This document shows positions 41,921 through 52,032 of a stretch of 64,000 bases of DNA, one piece after another. Position 1 is the stretch's first letter. Each line of letters starts with the position of its first letter. The DNA comes from an uncultured Candidatus Poseidoniales archaeon (GTDB lineage Archaea; Thermoplasmatota; Poseidoniia; Poseidoniales; Thalassarchaeaceae). The translations under genes were made by a program, and so were the position numbers. The stretch lies in contig CAZNVK010000003.1 of the NCBI GenBank assembly GCA_964576865.1, forward strand, positions 25,245-89,244, in the 5' to 3' direction. The notes under the pieces are model-generated. The model searched no databases. It saw only the letters and a program-made list of their open reading frames with translations, and was not told the DNA's origin.

Positions 41921-42349
41921 CTAACTCAGTCCGCGCGGAATTGTTAGACACTTGAGTCGAGTCATCGAACAACCGAGTTGCCCATCACCATCGAGCACAT
42001 CCAATTTGGTGATGATGACGCTCGCACCTTCGACGGCGGCAGGGATCAGTATTCGGTCGAGCAAACGGTTCGCGAGCGTCTCGAGCAAAGCTGCCCTTTC
42101 CAATTCCAAAGTTTGGTCGAGCGCACCGAGCAGATACTCGTAATTCAGCACCTCATCTATCTCATCCTCGCTCGGCTCCGACGCGCCAGCGAGCATCACA
42201 TAAACATCGAATTGAAGCCGCTGCGGCGCCCCAATTTCGTGCGCATGAACGCCGATATCGACCTCGCGCACGACGTTTTCGAGGAAGAGCGTGGTCACCC
42301 CTTGAGCCTGCGACATGAGTTGCATCAGAGCTTCGGAATGGCCGCTCAC
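41921..42349 (-). CDS. folB: Dihydroneopterin aldolase (bacterial FolB type)
   Basis: IGVH.HE...Q.L..DV, LNYE, LLETLA, ITKL; start overlaps the SDR stop. Confidence 0.85.
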   Translation of the reverse strand: MSGHSEALMQLMSQAQGVTTLFLENVVREVDIGVHAHEIGAPQRLQFDVYVMLAGASEPSEDEIDEVLNYEYLLGALDQTLELERAALLETLANRLLDRILIPAAVEGASVIITKLDVLDGDGQLGCSMTRLKCLTIPRGLS

Positions 42350-43113
42350 AACCCACCCTCCGTCTCGAATAGCACATCACGACTTCGGGCCAGAAACCTC
42401 TCTCCTGAATCGACGAACAAAACCTGGCCGGTCACCGCCCGCGCGCCTATCAGATATCCAACCGCCTCAGCGATATCGGTCGGTGCCGGCCCGAAGCCGA
42501 GAGGACTCTCCTGTTGAGCCCGCTCGAATCCTTCTGCAGTCTGGTCTGGACTTGGAAGGGTGTGTCCAGGTGCGACCGCGTTGATTCGGACAGTGGGTGC
42601 GAGTCCACGAGCGAGAGCATCGGTCAGGCCGAGCAGAGCGTAGCGCGAGGCCGTATACGAGAGGTGGTCCGGGCTCGGGTCAGCGATCTTCTGGTCGAGG
42701 ATATTCACAACCGATCCGACCACATCCTTCGGCAATTGTTCGAGTAGCGCGCGCGTGAGCAACATCGGTGCGCGCGCGTTGACATCCATGTGGTCACCCC
42801 ACGACTCGGAATCGACACTCTCGATATCGTCGAATTCGAAGCGAGAGGCATTGTTCACGAGATGAGAAATAGGTCCGATTTCGGCAGCCGCTCGTCCCAC
42901 GAGATTGGCCACCTCATCAGGATTGGCCAAGTCTGCTTTGACTGCACAGGCCTCGACTCCCATTCCACGGATACGCTCGGCCAGAGCCTCGGCGGCATCG
43001 GCCGACGAATTGTGGTGAACTGCCACCGAGTGTCCTTTTTCTGCTAGGTGAAGGCAAATTGCAGCACCTATTCTCCTTGCGCCTCCGGTCACGAGCGCTG
43101 CACTGCGAGCCAT
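42346..43113 (-). CDS. SDR oxidoreductase, FolM/pteridine-reductase-like
   Basis: TGGARRIG, VNNASRF, NILDQ, YTASR, NAVAPG, VTGQVLFVDSG; start reset to ATG 43113. Confidence 0.85.
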   Translation of the reverse strand: MARSAALVTGGARRIGAAICLHLAEKGHSVAVHHNSSADAAEALAERIRGMGVEACAVKADLANPDEVANLVGRAAAEIGPISHLVNNASRFEFDDIESVDSESWGDHMDVNARAPMLLTRALLEQLPKDVVGSVVNILDQKIADPSPDHLSYTASRYALLGLTDALARGLAPTVRINAVAPGHTLPSPDQTAEGFERAQQESPLGFGPAPTDIAEAVGYLIGARAVTGQVLFVDSGERFLARSRDVLFETEGGL

Positions 43114-43286
43114 TCGCTCTCCGGAGGCTCGTCTCGTATTTTGCACCTCGTCCCAAACGACCTCAACTGCGAAGGCGAGGCGAACGATTAACGCCGGATG
43201 TCCACTCCTCGCCTTCGATGGGTGTGCGGCTGCCGCAGGCTGATGCTGGCGAAGTGTCAGCCGGAGGCTGTGGCGGGGCGGCTCGT

Positions 43287-44387
43287 ATGTCGGCTGAGGA
43301 GCGCCGCAAGTCTGAGCGGAAGCGACTTCCCCCATGGTTCAGAACCACACTACCAACAGGATCCGCTCAGACGAATTTCAACGAGATGAAATCCAACGTG
43401 CACGAGCATGGATTACACACAGTTTGCGAAGAAGCTCGTTGCCCGAATATCCACGATTGTTGGGGCCGCGGAACTGCCACTTTCATGATCGCAGGCGAAG
43501 TCTGTACCCGTGGCTGCCGCTTCTGCGCTGTCGGCACTCAGAAGACTCCGCCAGCCCTCAATCCCAACGAGCCTGCCGAACTGGCAGAAGCGGTCGATCG
43601 CATGGGCGTCAGCCATGCGGTCATCACCGTCGTCAACCGCGATGACCTACCCGACGGGGGAGCAAATCACTACCGAAAGTGCCTCGAGGCCGTGCACGAG
43701 CGCCGCCCAGATGTCGGCCTCGAGTTGCTCTGCTCAGATCTCGATGGAAACCTCGATGCACTCGCTCACCTACTGGCAGACCTACCCCTACGTGTTTTCG
43801 CCCACAATGTCGAGTGCGTCCCCCGCCTCGACTCAGTAGTCCGCGACCCTCGCGCATCCTTCGAGCAATCCCTCGAGATCCTGCGAGAAGCCAAGCGCCT
43901 CCGCCCCGACCTCGCCATCAAATCCAGCATCATGGTCGGCGTCGGCGAAACCGACGAAGAGGTCGTCGAGGCAATGCGACTCCTGCGCGAGGCAGGAGTC
44001 GAACTTATCACCCTCGGCCAGTACCTCCAACCGAGTTGGAAGCATCTGGCCATCGATAGATTCCCAGAACCAGCGACCTTCGCAGCATGGGACCAAGCCG
44101 CTCGCGAGATGGGTTACAAAGCCGTAGCGAGCGGCCCACTAGTCCGCTCCTCCTACCGAGCAGGACTCCTCTGGGAGGAAGCGATGGGCGGCGAGCCGGT
44201 AGTTACCAGAGATTCGACAGGATCGGCGATCAGTCACCTGAATCCAAGCAAGGATCTGCTCACAAAACACCCCGCGAATTTGTCCGACGAAACAGCGAAT
44301 TCAGCAACCGAATCCGCCACAATAACCAGCCATCCAGCAATCACAATCAACGGAGCTCGGCAATCCCCCGAGCATCAAACAATATGA
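43287..44387 (+). CDS. lipA: Lipoyl synthase
   Basis: CEEARCPNIHDC, CTRGCRFC, HNVE, GQYLQP, VRSSY; start reset to ATG 43287. Confidence 0.96.
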   Translation: MSAEERRKSERKRLPPWFRTTLPTGSAQTNFNEMKSNVHEHGLHTVCEEARCPNIHDCWGRGTATFMIAGEVCTRGCRFCAVGTQKTPPALNPNEPAELAEAVDRMGVSHAVITVVNRDDLPDGGANHYRKCLEAVHERRPDVGLELLCSDLDGNLDALAHLLADLPLRVFAHNVECVPRLDSVVRDPRASFEQSLEILREAKRLRPDLAIKSSIMVGVGETDEEVVEAMRLLREAGVELITLGQYLQPSWKHLAIDRFPEPATFAAWDQAAREMGYKAVASGPLVRSSYRAGLLWEEAMGGEPVVTRDSTGSAISHLNPSKDLLTKHPANLSDETANSATESATITSHPAITINGARQSPEHQTI

Positions 44388-44409
44388 ACGAGGAACGGGT
44401 GTTAGGTAT

Positions 44410-45654
44410 ATGGCGGCGAAAAAGAAGCGAGTCACACTAACCGTTCCCTCCGCCCCATTCCGACCGGGCGACAAGGCCAGTTTCGCCCCGTTCGCCAACG
44501 AGCCAGGCGACCTGAGCCGCCCAGACCCAGCAACCTGCACGGCCGCAGAAACCACCGATCACGCCTACGGGTTAGTCCGCGTCCTCGACTTCGACGGCAA
44601 GGCCAGCGGCCCATGGAACCCAGAACTCAGCCCAGACGCTCTGCGCCAAGGCCTCGAACACATGGTCAGAATGCGAATTTTCGACGATCGCATGATGAAG
44701 ATGCAGCGCACGGGCAAGCTCTCATTCTACATGCGCTCCTTCGGAGAAGAGGCGGTCGCCATCGCCCAAACGATGGCGCTCGAAACCCAAGACTGGATTT
44801 TCCCATCCTACCGACAACCGGGTGCGCAGTTCGTCCGCGGGCGTGATATGGTGAGCATGATCAACCACTGTATCGGCAATGTCGAGGACAATGTCAAGGG
44901 CCGCCAAATGCCAGTTCACTACACCTACAAAGAAGGCCGATTCATCTCAATTTCAAGCCCCGTCGGCACTCAATTCAGCCAGGCTGTCGGCGTCGCAATG
45001 GCTTCGCAGTACAAGGGTTTGGATGAGTGTTGCATCACTTGGATCGGCGATGGATCGAGTTCCGAAGGAGACTACCATTACGCGCTGAATTTCGCCTCCG
45101 TGTTCAAGCCGCCGGTGATTCTCAACATCGTCAACAACCAATGGGCAATCTCCACTCACGCCAACATCGCGAGTGGAAGTCCAACCTTCGCTGCGCGTGG
45201 GCTGGCCTACAACGTCCCAAGCATCAGGGTGGATGGGAACGATTTCCTCGCGCTCTTCGCGGTCACAAAGTGGGCGCGCGAGCGCGCTTCTGCCGGCGTA
45301 GGTCCGACTCACATCGAGGTTCTGACCTATCGCGCCGGTGCTCACTCGTCGAGTGATGATCCGAGCCGCTACCGGCCCGGCGATGAGCACGAATGTTGGC
45401 CGGGCGGCGACCCAATCGATCGCCTCGTCCAGCATCTAGTCGCTATCGGCGAGTGGTCCGAAGAGCAACAGAAGGAGATGGAAGAGCGAATCGATTCCGA
45501 GGTCATGGCCGCCTACAAGGAAGCGGTTACCTACGGAGATTTGGCTAACGGCCCCTATCCGTCTGCTGACACAATTTTCACCGAGGTCTACGAGACTCCT
45601 CCATGGCATTTGATGGAGCAGTGGGACGAAATGAAGCGCTGGAGGAGTGATTGA
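44410..45654 (+). CDS. bkdA1: Branched-chain 2-oxoacid dehydrogenase E1 alpha
   Basis: QRTGKLSFY, GRQMPVHY, GDG...NN TPP motif, YRAGAHSSSDDPSRYR. Confidence 0.93.
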   Translation: MAAKKKRVTLTVPSAPFRPGDKASFAPFANEPGDLSRPDPATCTAAETTDHAYGLVRVLDFDGKASGPWNPELSPDALRQGLEHMVRMRIFDDRMMKMQRTGKLSFYMRSFGEEAVAIAQTMALETQDWIFPSYRQPGAQFVRGRDMVSMINHCIGNVEDNVKGRQMPVHYTYKEGRFISISSPVGTQFSQAVGVAMASQYKGLDECCITWIGDGSSSEGDYHYALNFASVFKPPVILNIVNNQWAISTHANIASGSPTFAARGLAYNVPSIRVDGNDFLALFAVTKWARERASAGVGPTHIEVLTYRAGAHSSSDDPSRYRPGDEHECWPGGDPIDRLVQHLVAIGEWSEEQQKEMEERIDSEVMAAYKEAVTYGDLANGPYPSADTIFTEVYETPPWHLMEQWDEMKRWRSD

Positions 45655-45655
45655 A

Positions 45656-46666
45656 ATGGCTGAAATGAATATCGTTCAAGCGGTCAATTCCGCGCTCGAC
45701 AATATGCTCGAGCGTGACGAGAATGTCCTCTTCTTTGGTGAGGACGCTGGATATTTCGGCGGTGTCTTCCGAACATCCGACGGATTGCAAGAAAAGCACG
45801 GAAGCCACCGCGTCTTCGATACGCCGCTGGCCGAGGGCGGAATCGCGGCGATCGCTTTCGGAATGGGAATCAACGGGCTGCGCCCGGTCGCCGAAATCCA
45901 ATTCGCCGACTACATCTTCCCAGCCTACGATCAGATCGTCAATGAAATCGCCAAGGTCCGCCACCGCTCCGGCGGCGAGTTCTGGTGCCCACTCACAATC
46001 CGAACGCCCGCCGGCGGAGGAATCCGCGGCGGCCACCATCACTCGCAGAGCCCGGAGTCCCAATTCACCCACACCTCCGGGCTCAAAGTGGTCTACTCAT
46101 CTACCCCATACAACTCGAAGGGGCTGCTCATCGCAGCCATCGAATGCAATGACCCAGTCATCGTATTCGAGCCAAAGCGCTGCTACCGCGGCCCATTCTA
46201 CGGGGACCATCACAATGTTCCAACTTGGAAGGACCACCCCGAGGCCGAGGTCCCCGAATCGCATTACACAGTGCCGATCGGTGAGGCGCGTCTGGCCATG
46301 GAGGGCGACGATTGCACGGTTATCGCCTGGGGCGCTATGGTGCACGTCGCCGAGGCCGCGATCAAGGAATCCGGCGTCAGCTGCGACTTGATCGACCTGC
46401 AATCGCTGGTCCCGTGGGACCGAGATGCAGTGGTAAATTCAATCGAAAAAACAGGGCGTTGTGTCATCGTCCACGAAGCACCCAAGACCAGTGGATTTGG
46501 AGCGGAGATGGCGGCCAGTGTTCAGGAGCGTTGCTTCTACCATCTGGAAGCGCCAATCGAGAGAGTCACGGGATGGGACACCCCATTCCCACACACAACC
46601 GAGTGGGATTACATGCCTAGCCCCGCTCGAATCGCGGATGCGATCAAGAAAACCATGGAGGCCTGA
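45656..46666 (+). CDS. bkdA2: Branched-chain 2-oxoacid dehydrogenase E1 beta
   Basis: FGED..FGGVFR, DTPLAE, EIQFADY, HSQSPE. Confidence 0.93.
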   Translation: MAEMNIVQAVNSALDNMLERDENVLFFGEDAGYFGGVFRTSDGLQEKHGSHRVFDTPLAEGGIAAIAFGMGINGLRPVAEIQFADYIFPAYDQIVNEIAKVRHRSGGEFWCPLTIRTPAGGGIRGGHHHSQSPESQFTHTSGLKVVYSSTPYNSKGLLIAAIECNDPVIVFEPKRCYRGPFYGDHHNVPTWKDHPEAEVPESHYTVPIGEARLAMEGDDCTVIAWGAMVHVAEAAIKESGVSCDLIDLQSLVPWDRDAVVNSIEKTGRCVIVHEAPKTSGFGAEMAASVQERCFYHLEAPIERVTGWDTPFPHTTEWDYMPSPARIADAIKKTMEA

Positions 46667-46668
46667 AA

Positions 46669-48012
46669 ATGTCGAATAATGTGTTCAAATTGCCAGATAT
46701 TGGAGAGGGAGTCGTCGAGGGCGAAGTCGTGCAGTGGCACGTTTCCGTCGGCGATACAGTCGCTGAGGACGATGCCCTCGTCGATGTGATGACCGATAAG
46801 GCGACGGTGACGATTCCTTCGCCGTACGATGGTGAAATTGCTGTCTTGCACGGCGATGTCGGCGATATGGTCGCCGTCGGCGCCGCCTTGGTTGAATTCG
46901 GTGGAGGCGGCGGCGCACCAGCGGCTTCTCCTGCTGAAGACAAGGCCGCTGAACCTGAAGCCAAGTCTGAGCCGGAGCCCGCTCCCGCTGCTCCGGCTGC
47001 GGCACCGGCTGCTCCAGTTGCACCAACTCCTGCGCCGGCAGCACCTGCTGTTGTCGCACCCCCGCCGGTGCCAGTGATTTCTGCTCCACCAGCGGTTCCC
47101 GCAGTCTCAACACCGGTGTCGAGCACCGGTGGGGCTGGAGGCAAGGCGCTTGCAAGCCCAGCTGTTCGACGCCGCGCGCGCGAGGCTGGAGTCGATTTGA
47201 GCGCGGTTCGCGGAAGCGGCCCGGCCGGACGCATCCGCCACGCGGACTTGGACGCGTTCATCGCCGCCGGCGGAATGGTCCAGGGCGCTGCTCCAGTAGC
47301 ATATTCGACGCGCCGCACCGATATCGAGGAAATCAAGGTCGTCGGTCTGCGGAGGAAGATTGCGGAAGCGATGACCATTTCGAAGCGGCACATTCCGCAC
47401 TTTTCGTACTTCGAGGAGATCGATGTGACCGAGTTGGAGGAATTGCGTCAGATGCTCAATGCTACGCGCTCGCCCGAGCAGCCAAAACTGACCTATCTGC
47501 CGTTCATCATGCTCGCCTTGTCGAAGTTGATGCCTTCGCACCCGGAATGCAACGGACACTACGATGAGGCTAACGGCTTGGTTCGCCGATACGGCGCCGT
47601 TAACCTTGGAATCGCTACACAGACCGACCGTGGACTCTTCGTCCCGGTCGTCAAACACGCTGAAGCGATGGATGTCTGGCAGGCCGCGGCAGAGATGCAG
47701 CGAGTCTCGGGCGCGGCCAGAAATGGAACCGCTACGCTGGATGACCTAACCGGTTCCACCTTCACCATCACGAGCCTTGGCCGTGATGGTGGACTCGGCG
47801 CTACGCCGATTATCAATCACCCAGAGATGGCAATCCTCGGAGTCCACAAGGCTCGCGAGATGCCGGTCGTGCGCAAGGGCGAAGTCGTCGTGCGCCGAAT
47901 CATGAATGTCTCAAGTTCATTCGACCACCGAATCGTCGACGGAGCCGATGGAGCGGCTCTAGTGCAGGCTCTCAAGCGCATGCTCGAGCACCCTGCTATG
48001 ATCTTCATGTGA
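46669..48012 (+). CDS. bkdB: Dihydrolipoamide acyltransferase E2
   Basis: Lipoyl domain (MTDKA), Ala/Pro linker, E3-binding ASPAVRR...GSGP.GRI, DHRIVDG. Confidence 0.95.
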   Translation: MSNNVFKLPDIGEGVVEGEVVQWHVSVGDTVAEDDALVDVMTDKATVTIPSPYDGEIAVLHGDVGDMVAVGAALVEFGGGGGAPAASPAEDKAAEPEAKSEPEPAPAAPAAAPAAPVAPTPAPAAPAVVAPPPVPVISAPPAVPAVSTPVSSTGGAGGKALASPAVRRRAREAGVDLSAVRGSGPAGRIRHADLDAFIAAGGMVQGAAPVAYSTRRTDIEEIKVVGLRRKIAEAMTISKRHIPHFSYFEEIDVTELEELRQMLNATRSPEQPKLTYLPFIMLALSKLMPSHPECNGHYDEANGLVRRYGAVNLGIATQTDRGLFVPVVKHAEAMDVWQAAAEMQRVSGAARNGTATLDDLTGSTFTITSLGRDGGLGATPIINHPEMAILGVHKAREMPVVRKGEVVVRRIMNVSSSFDHRIVDGADGAALVQALKRMLEHPAMIFM

Positions 48013-48022
48013 GGTGAAAAAG

Positions 48023-49459
48023 ATGGGAGATACTCGCAAGTGTAAGGTGCTCGTCGTAGGAGCAGGACCAGGCGGCTATGTCGCTGCGATTCGAGCAGCC
48101 CAATTGGGGCTTGACACAGTGATTGTCGAGGGAGACAAAGCGGGAGGCACTTGCCTGATTCGCGGATGTATTCCGAGCAAGGCGATTATTCACGCTGCCG
48201 AGCGCTTTGAGGCGTTGCAGCAACACGCAAGCGAAGGCGGCCACATGGGAATTTCTGTGAGCGGAGAGGCTGCCGTTAACATGGCCGTACTCGTCGATTG
48301 GAAGGATGCGATTGTCGAGCGCCTGAACAAGGGAGTCGAGGCACTGCTCAAGGGAGCGGGGGCTGAACTCATCAAGGGCTGGGCGACCTTTACCGGCCCG
48401 AAGAGTTGTACGGTTGAGACGGCTGATGGGCCGGTTGCAATCGAGGCGGAGAACGTCATCATCGCTACCGGCTCGAGTCATATCGACCTGCCATTCATGC
48501 CCTGCGATGAGGAATTCATCCTTTCATCTACCGGCGCGCTCGACCTCGACAAGTTGCCGAAGACGGCAGCGATCGTCGGAGGCGGCTACATCGGTCTTGA
48601 ACTCGGTTGTGCCTTGGCCAAACTCGGCACCGAAGTCACCGTTGTCGAGGGAATGGATTCGATTCTCGGAATCATGGATAAGGAGATTCGGCGACCTCTC
48701 GAAATCTGGCTCAAGAAGCACAAGGTCGCCGTCCACACCAAGGCCCTCGCCCGCGGAGCGGAAGTCAAGGGCAAGGGCGCCAGCCGCAAGGTTCACCTGA
48801 CCTTCGAAAAGGATGGTGAGGAACAGACTCTCAAGGTCGATAAGGTACTCGTAACCGTTGGACGTCGCCCCAATACAAAGGGCTGGGGACTCGAGAATAT
48901 GGGTGTACGAATGGATACCGGCGGTCGCTTCGTCAGAATCGACCGCCAGTGCCGAACCAATGTGCCCGGCGTCTATGCAATCGGCGATGTCGCCGGCGAG
49001 CCGATGCTTGCCCACAAGGCATCGGCGCAGGGCGAGATGGTCGCGGAGATTCTGGCCGGCGAGAACCGCGAATTCGACAAGGTCGCAATCCCAGCAATCG
49101 TCTTCACCGAGCCGGAAATCGTCTCGGTTGGCCTCTCGCCAGACGAAGCGAAGGAGCGCGGCGAGGATATCATGATCGGCAAATTCCCACTCGCCGCAAA
49201 CGGACGCGCGCTAACCCTCGAAGCTGAGAAGACGGCCGGATTCATTCGCGTCACAGCGCGCGAGTCCGACCACGTAATCCTAGGAATCCAAGCCGTGGGC
49301 AGCCACGTCGCTGAACTCCACGGCGAATTCGTACTCGCCCTCGAAATGGGCGCACTGCTCGAGGACATTGCAGATACAGTCCACGCTCATCCAACGATGA
49401 CCGAGGCCTTCCACGAGGGTGTCCTCAAGACCCTCGGGCATGCGATCCACGCAGCGTGA
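48023..49459 (+). CDS. lpdA: Dihydrolipoyl dehydrogenase E3
   Basis: GAGPGG, GGTCLIRGCIPSK, GGGYIG, HAHPTMTE; GAGGTGA SD upstream. Confidence 0.96.
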   Translation: MGDTRKCKVLVVGAGPGGYVAAIRAAQLGLDTVIVEGDKAGGTCLIRGCIPSKAIIHAAERFEALQQHASEGGHMGISVSGEAAVNMAVLVDWKDAIVERLNKGVEALLKGAGAELIKGWATFTGPKSCTVETADGPVAIEAENVIIATGSSHIDLPFMPCDEEFILSSTGALDLDKLPKTAAIVGGGYIGLELGCALAKLGTEVTVVEGMDSILGIMDKEIRRPLEIWLKKHKVAVHTKALARGAEVKGKGASRKVHLTFEKDGEEQTLKVDKVLVTVGRRPNTKGWGLENMGVRMDTGGRFVRIDRQCRTNVPGVYAIGDVAGEPMLAHKASAQGEMVAEILAGENREFDKVAIPAIVFTEPEIVSVGLSPDEAKERGEDIMIGKFPLAANGRALTLEAEKTAGFIRVTARESDHVILGIQAVGSHVAELHGEFVLALEMGALLEDIADTVHAHPTMTEAFHEGVLKTLGHAIHAA

Positions 49460-49469
49460 GGTGAAACAA

Positions 49470-50156
49470 ATGCGCCCGCTGCGAATCCTGCGAGCAGGAA
49501 TCGAGCCGCATGCAGCCCTCGATGAGGCGATGCGCCACATGCAACAACAGCGCATCGAGGACGAGATTCCCGACACGCTGATTCTCGTCCAACATCCTGA
49601 GGTGGTTACGCTCGGCCCCAAAGCCGAGCGCGACGGAGCCTTGAACGACCCAGCTTTGGCGGATTATGCCACGCGTGTGGTTGACCGAGGCGGGGGCATG
49701 ACCTACCACGGAAACGGGCAATTGGTCGGCTATCCAATCATCAAATGGGAGCAGGATGAGCAATCTGTTCGCAGCATCATCAACCGCATCGAAGACTGGG
49801 TTATGGCAGCGCTCAGAGACTGCGGAATCGAAGGATATCGCGACGAGCGAATGATGGGAGTTTGGCTCGAAGACCGCAAAATCTGCTCGATCGGACTCGC
49901 CTTCAAACACTGGGTTAGCCGACACGGACTCGCCCTCAATTACAACACCGATGAGGGTCGCATCGAGGCCCTGACCTGTTGCGGTCTCGATGCGGGAATG
50001 ACGACTTCTCTCGCGGCCCTCGGCCACACGCACGACCTCGAGGGCCGACTCCTCGATCGGGCGCGCTTGGAAGAGGCTCTGCTGGTTCATGCCGAAGAAT
50101 TTCTCGGGCGCGTGCCAATGAATCCAGCAGAGTGGGCTCCGGGGTTGGTTGCCTGA
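49470..50156 (+). CDS. lipB: Lipoyl(octanoyl) transferase
   Basis: QHPEVVTLG, DRGGGMTYHG.GQLVGYP, KICSIG, HGLALN, CCGL; GAGGTGA SD upstream. Confidence 0.93.
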   Translation: MRPLRILRAGIEPHAALDEAMRHMQQQRIEDEIPDTLILVQHPEVVTLGPKAERDGALNDPALADYATRVVDRGGGMTYHGNGQLVGYPIIKWEQDEQSVRSIINRIEDWVMAALRDCGIEGYRDERMMGVWLEDRKICSIGLAFKHWVSRHGLALNYNTDEGRIEALTCCGLDAGMTTSLAALGHTHDLEGRLLDRARLEEALLVHAEEFLGRVPMNPAEWAPGLVA

Positions 50157-51349
50157 GACCGGCGCATTCCGAACTCCGCTCCGAACTCGCCCACCATTGG
50201 TCACTCGACCCCGATGTGACCTTCCTCAACCACGGCTCATTCGGTGCTACACCGACCGCGGTTTTAGCCGAGCAGTCGCGCATTCGAGCGCAGATGGAAG
50301 CAGATCCTGTGCGCTTTTTCGAGCGCGACGCGGTCCAGATGATGGCGGGAGCCGTCGGCGCCATCTCGGATTTGATGAATGCAGACCGAGATGGCATGAC
50401 ATTCTGCCATAATGCCACCGGCGGAATCAACACCGTTCTGCGAAGCCTAGAACTCAACGCCGGTGACGAACTCATCGTCCCCGACCACTCCTACCAAGCC
50501 TGTTGGAATGCCGTCGAATACGTCGCCCGGCGAGCAAAGGCGAAGGTGGTCGTCGTCGAACTCCCCTTCCGATGTGAATCAGAGGAAGAAATCATCGAAC
50601 CACTGCTCGCGGCGATCACGCCGCGAACCGTACTGGCGATGATCGATACGGTGACCAGCCCGACCGGAATGAGGATGCCATTCGAGAGGTTGGTCGCTGA
50701 ATTCCAATCGCGCGGCGTTGACGTCCTACTCGATGCCGCGCACGGACCCGGCTTGGTCCCGCTCGATCTGGCCAAACTCGATCCTGCTTGGATCACCGGA
50801 AATTGCCACAAGTGGCTGTGCAGTCCGAAGGGGACGGCATTCCTTAACATTCGCGAGGACAAGCGCGAATCGACCAAGCCGCTCACAATCAGTCATGGTT
50901 ACACAGCCGAACTTCCAGCGAAAGAGAAGTTCCGATTCGAGTTTGATTGGCAAGGAACTAGCGACCCTTCAGCAATCTTCTCAGTACCCAAATCGATCGA
51001 GACCCTCGAATCGATGATGCCAGGAGGCTTCGAAGCCATCATGCACCGTAACAACACACTGGCACGGGCGGGCCGAGACATCTTGTGTGAGTGCCTGGAA
51101 ACCGAAGCACCGCACCCCGATTCGATGGTTACAGCGATGGCCACAATCGACCTCCCCGGAACTTATGACGGACCACCAGACTTCCGCGGTGACGCACTGC
51201 ACAATAGCCTGCTCGACGATTGGGGAATCCAAGTCCCAGTCTTCCCATGGCCGCACCACGAAATGCGCTACTTCCGCATCTCAAGTTACCTCTACAACGA
51301 CCTCGCTGAGTACGAGTATCTCGCCCATGCGATGCGCGAATCGCTTTGA
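50132..51349 (+). CDS. PLP-dependent class V enzyme (isopenicillin-N epimerase / Egt2-like C-S lyase family); start uncertain
   Basis: FLNHGSFGA.P, NAT.G, VTSPTG, DAAH, NCHKWLCSPKG, WQGTSD, RIS..YN. Confidence 0.88.
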   Translation: MGSGVGCLRPAHSELRSELAHHWSLDPDVTFLNHGSFGATPTAVLAEQSRIRAQMEADPVRFFERDAVQMMAGAVGAISDLMNADRDGMTFCHNATGGINTVLRSLELNAGDELIVPDHSYQACWNAVEYVARRAKAKVVVVELPFRCESEEEIIEPLLAAITPRTVLAMIDTVTSPTGMRMPFERLVAEFQSRGVDVLLDAAHGPGLVPLDLAKLDPAWITGNCHKWLCSPKGTAFLNIREDKRESTKPLTISHGYTAELPAKEKFRFEFDWQGTSDPSAIFSVPKSIETLESMMPGGFEAIMHRNNTLARAGRDILCECLETEAPHPDSMVTAMATIDLPGTYDGPPDFRGDALHNSLLDDWGIQVPVFPWPHHEMRYFRISSYLYNDLAEYEYLAHAMRESL

Positions 51350-51384
51350 GGCACATTGAAGCAGACTAGCCCTGAGGATAATGC

Positions 51385-51963
51385 ATGCCCGAAGCGGTCG
51401 TTGCCATCACCGGTGCTTCGGGCGCACGTTATGGAGTTCGATTGCTCGAGTCGCTTTGTAAGGCCGGATGGAACACTCATCTAATCGTCACCCGCGAGGG
51501 GGCAATCAATCTCGACCTCGAGTGTGGAATCACCCCCTCCGAACTCGCTTCAAACCCCCTCATCACCCTCGAGGATAACGATAACCTCGCGGCTCGGTCC
51601 GCCTCTGGCTCCGCTCGCTTTGATGCATACATCGTCTGTCCGGCGAGCGGGACTACAATCGGTAAGATCGCTGCGGGGATTTCGGACAATCTGGCGACCC
51701 GCAGCGCTCTCGTGGCGATGAAAGAGCGCCGGAAGCTCATCCTCGTCCCGCGCGAATCACCCTACGCCACCCCACACCTGCGTGCGATGGCAAACCTGTC
51801 TGAATGGGGCGTGGTGATTTTGCCGGCTAGCCCTGGATTCTACATTAAGCCGGAGTCGATCGAAGATTTGGTTGATTTTGTCGTCGCCCGAATCCTCGAC
51901 CAGTTGAATATCGACCACGACCTCGGGCGACGCTGGACCGGCGAGGAAATCGGCTCTCAGTGA
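51385..51963 (+). CDS. ubiX: Flavin prenyltransferase
   Basis: ITGASG, ASGS, KERR.LILVPRESP, PASPGFY. Confidence 0.94.
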   Translation: MPEAVVAITGASGARYGVRLLESLCKAGWNTHLIVTREGAINLDLECGITPSELASNPLITLEDNDNLAARSASGSARFDAYIVCPASGTTIGKIAAGISDNLATRSALVAMKERRKLILVPRESPYATPHLRAMANLSEWGVVILPASPGFYIKPESIEDLVDFVVARILDQLNIDHDLGRRWTGEEIGSQ

Positions 51964-52032
51964 ATCGAATCCTCGCCGGCACTCAAACCGGTTGGGTTCA
52001 ATAGGGATTCTTTAGCCCAGCGATTCCGAGGG

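Noticed and set aside
43059-43335. Overlapping N-terminal extensions of lipA and the SDR in the ORF track
   Set aside because: Upstream alternative starts; conserved domains begin at 43287 and 43113
44200-44387. LipA C-terminal extension as a separate domain
   Set aside because: Low-complexity Ser/Thr/Asn tail with no motif
46920-47120. Low-complexity Ala/Pro repeats
   Set aside because: Normal E2 flexible linker
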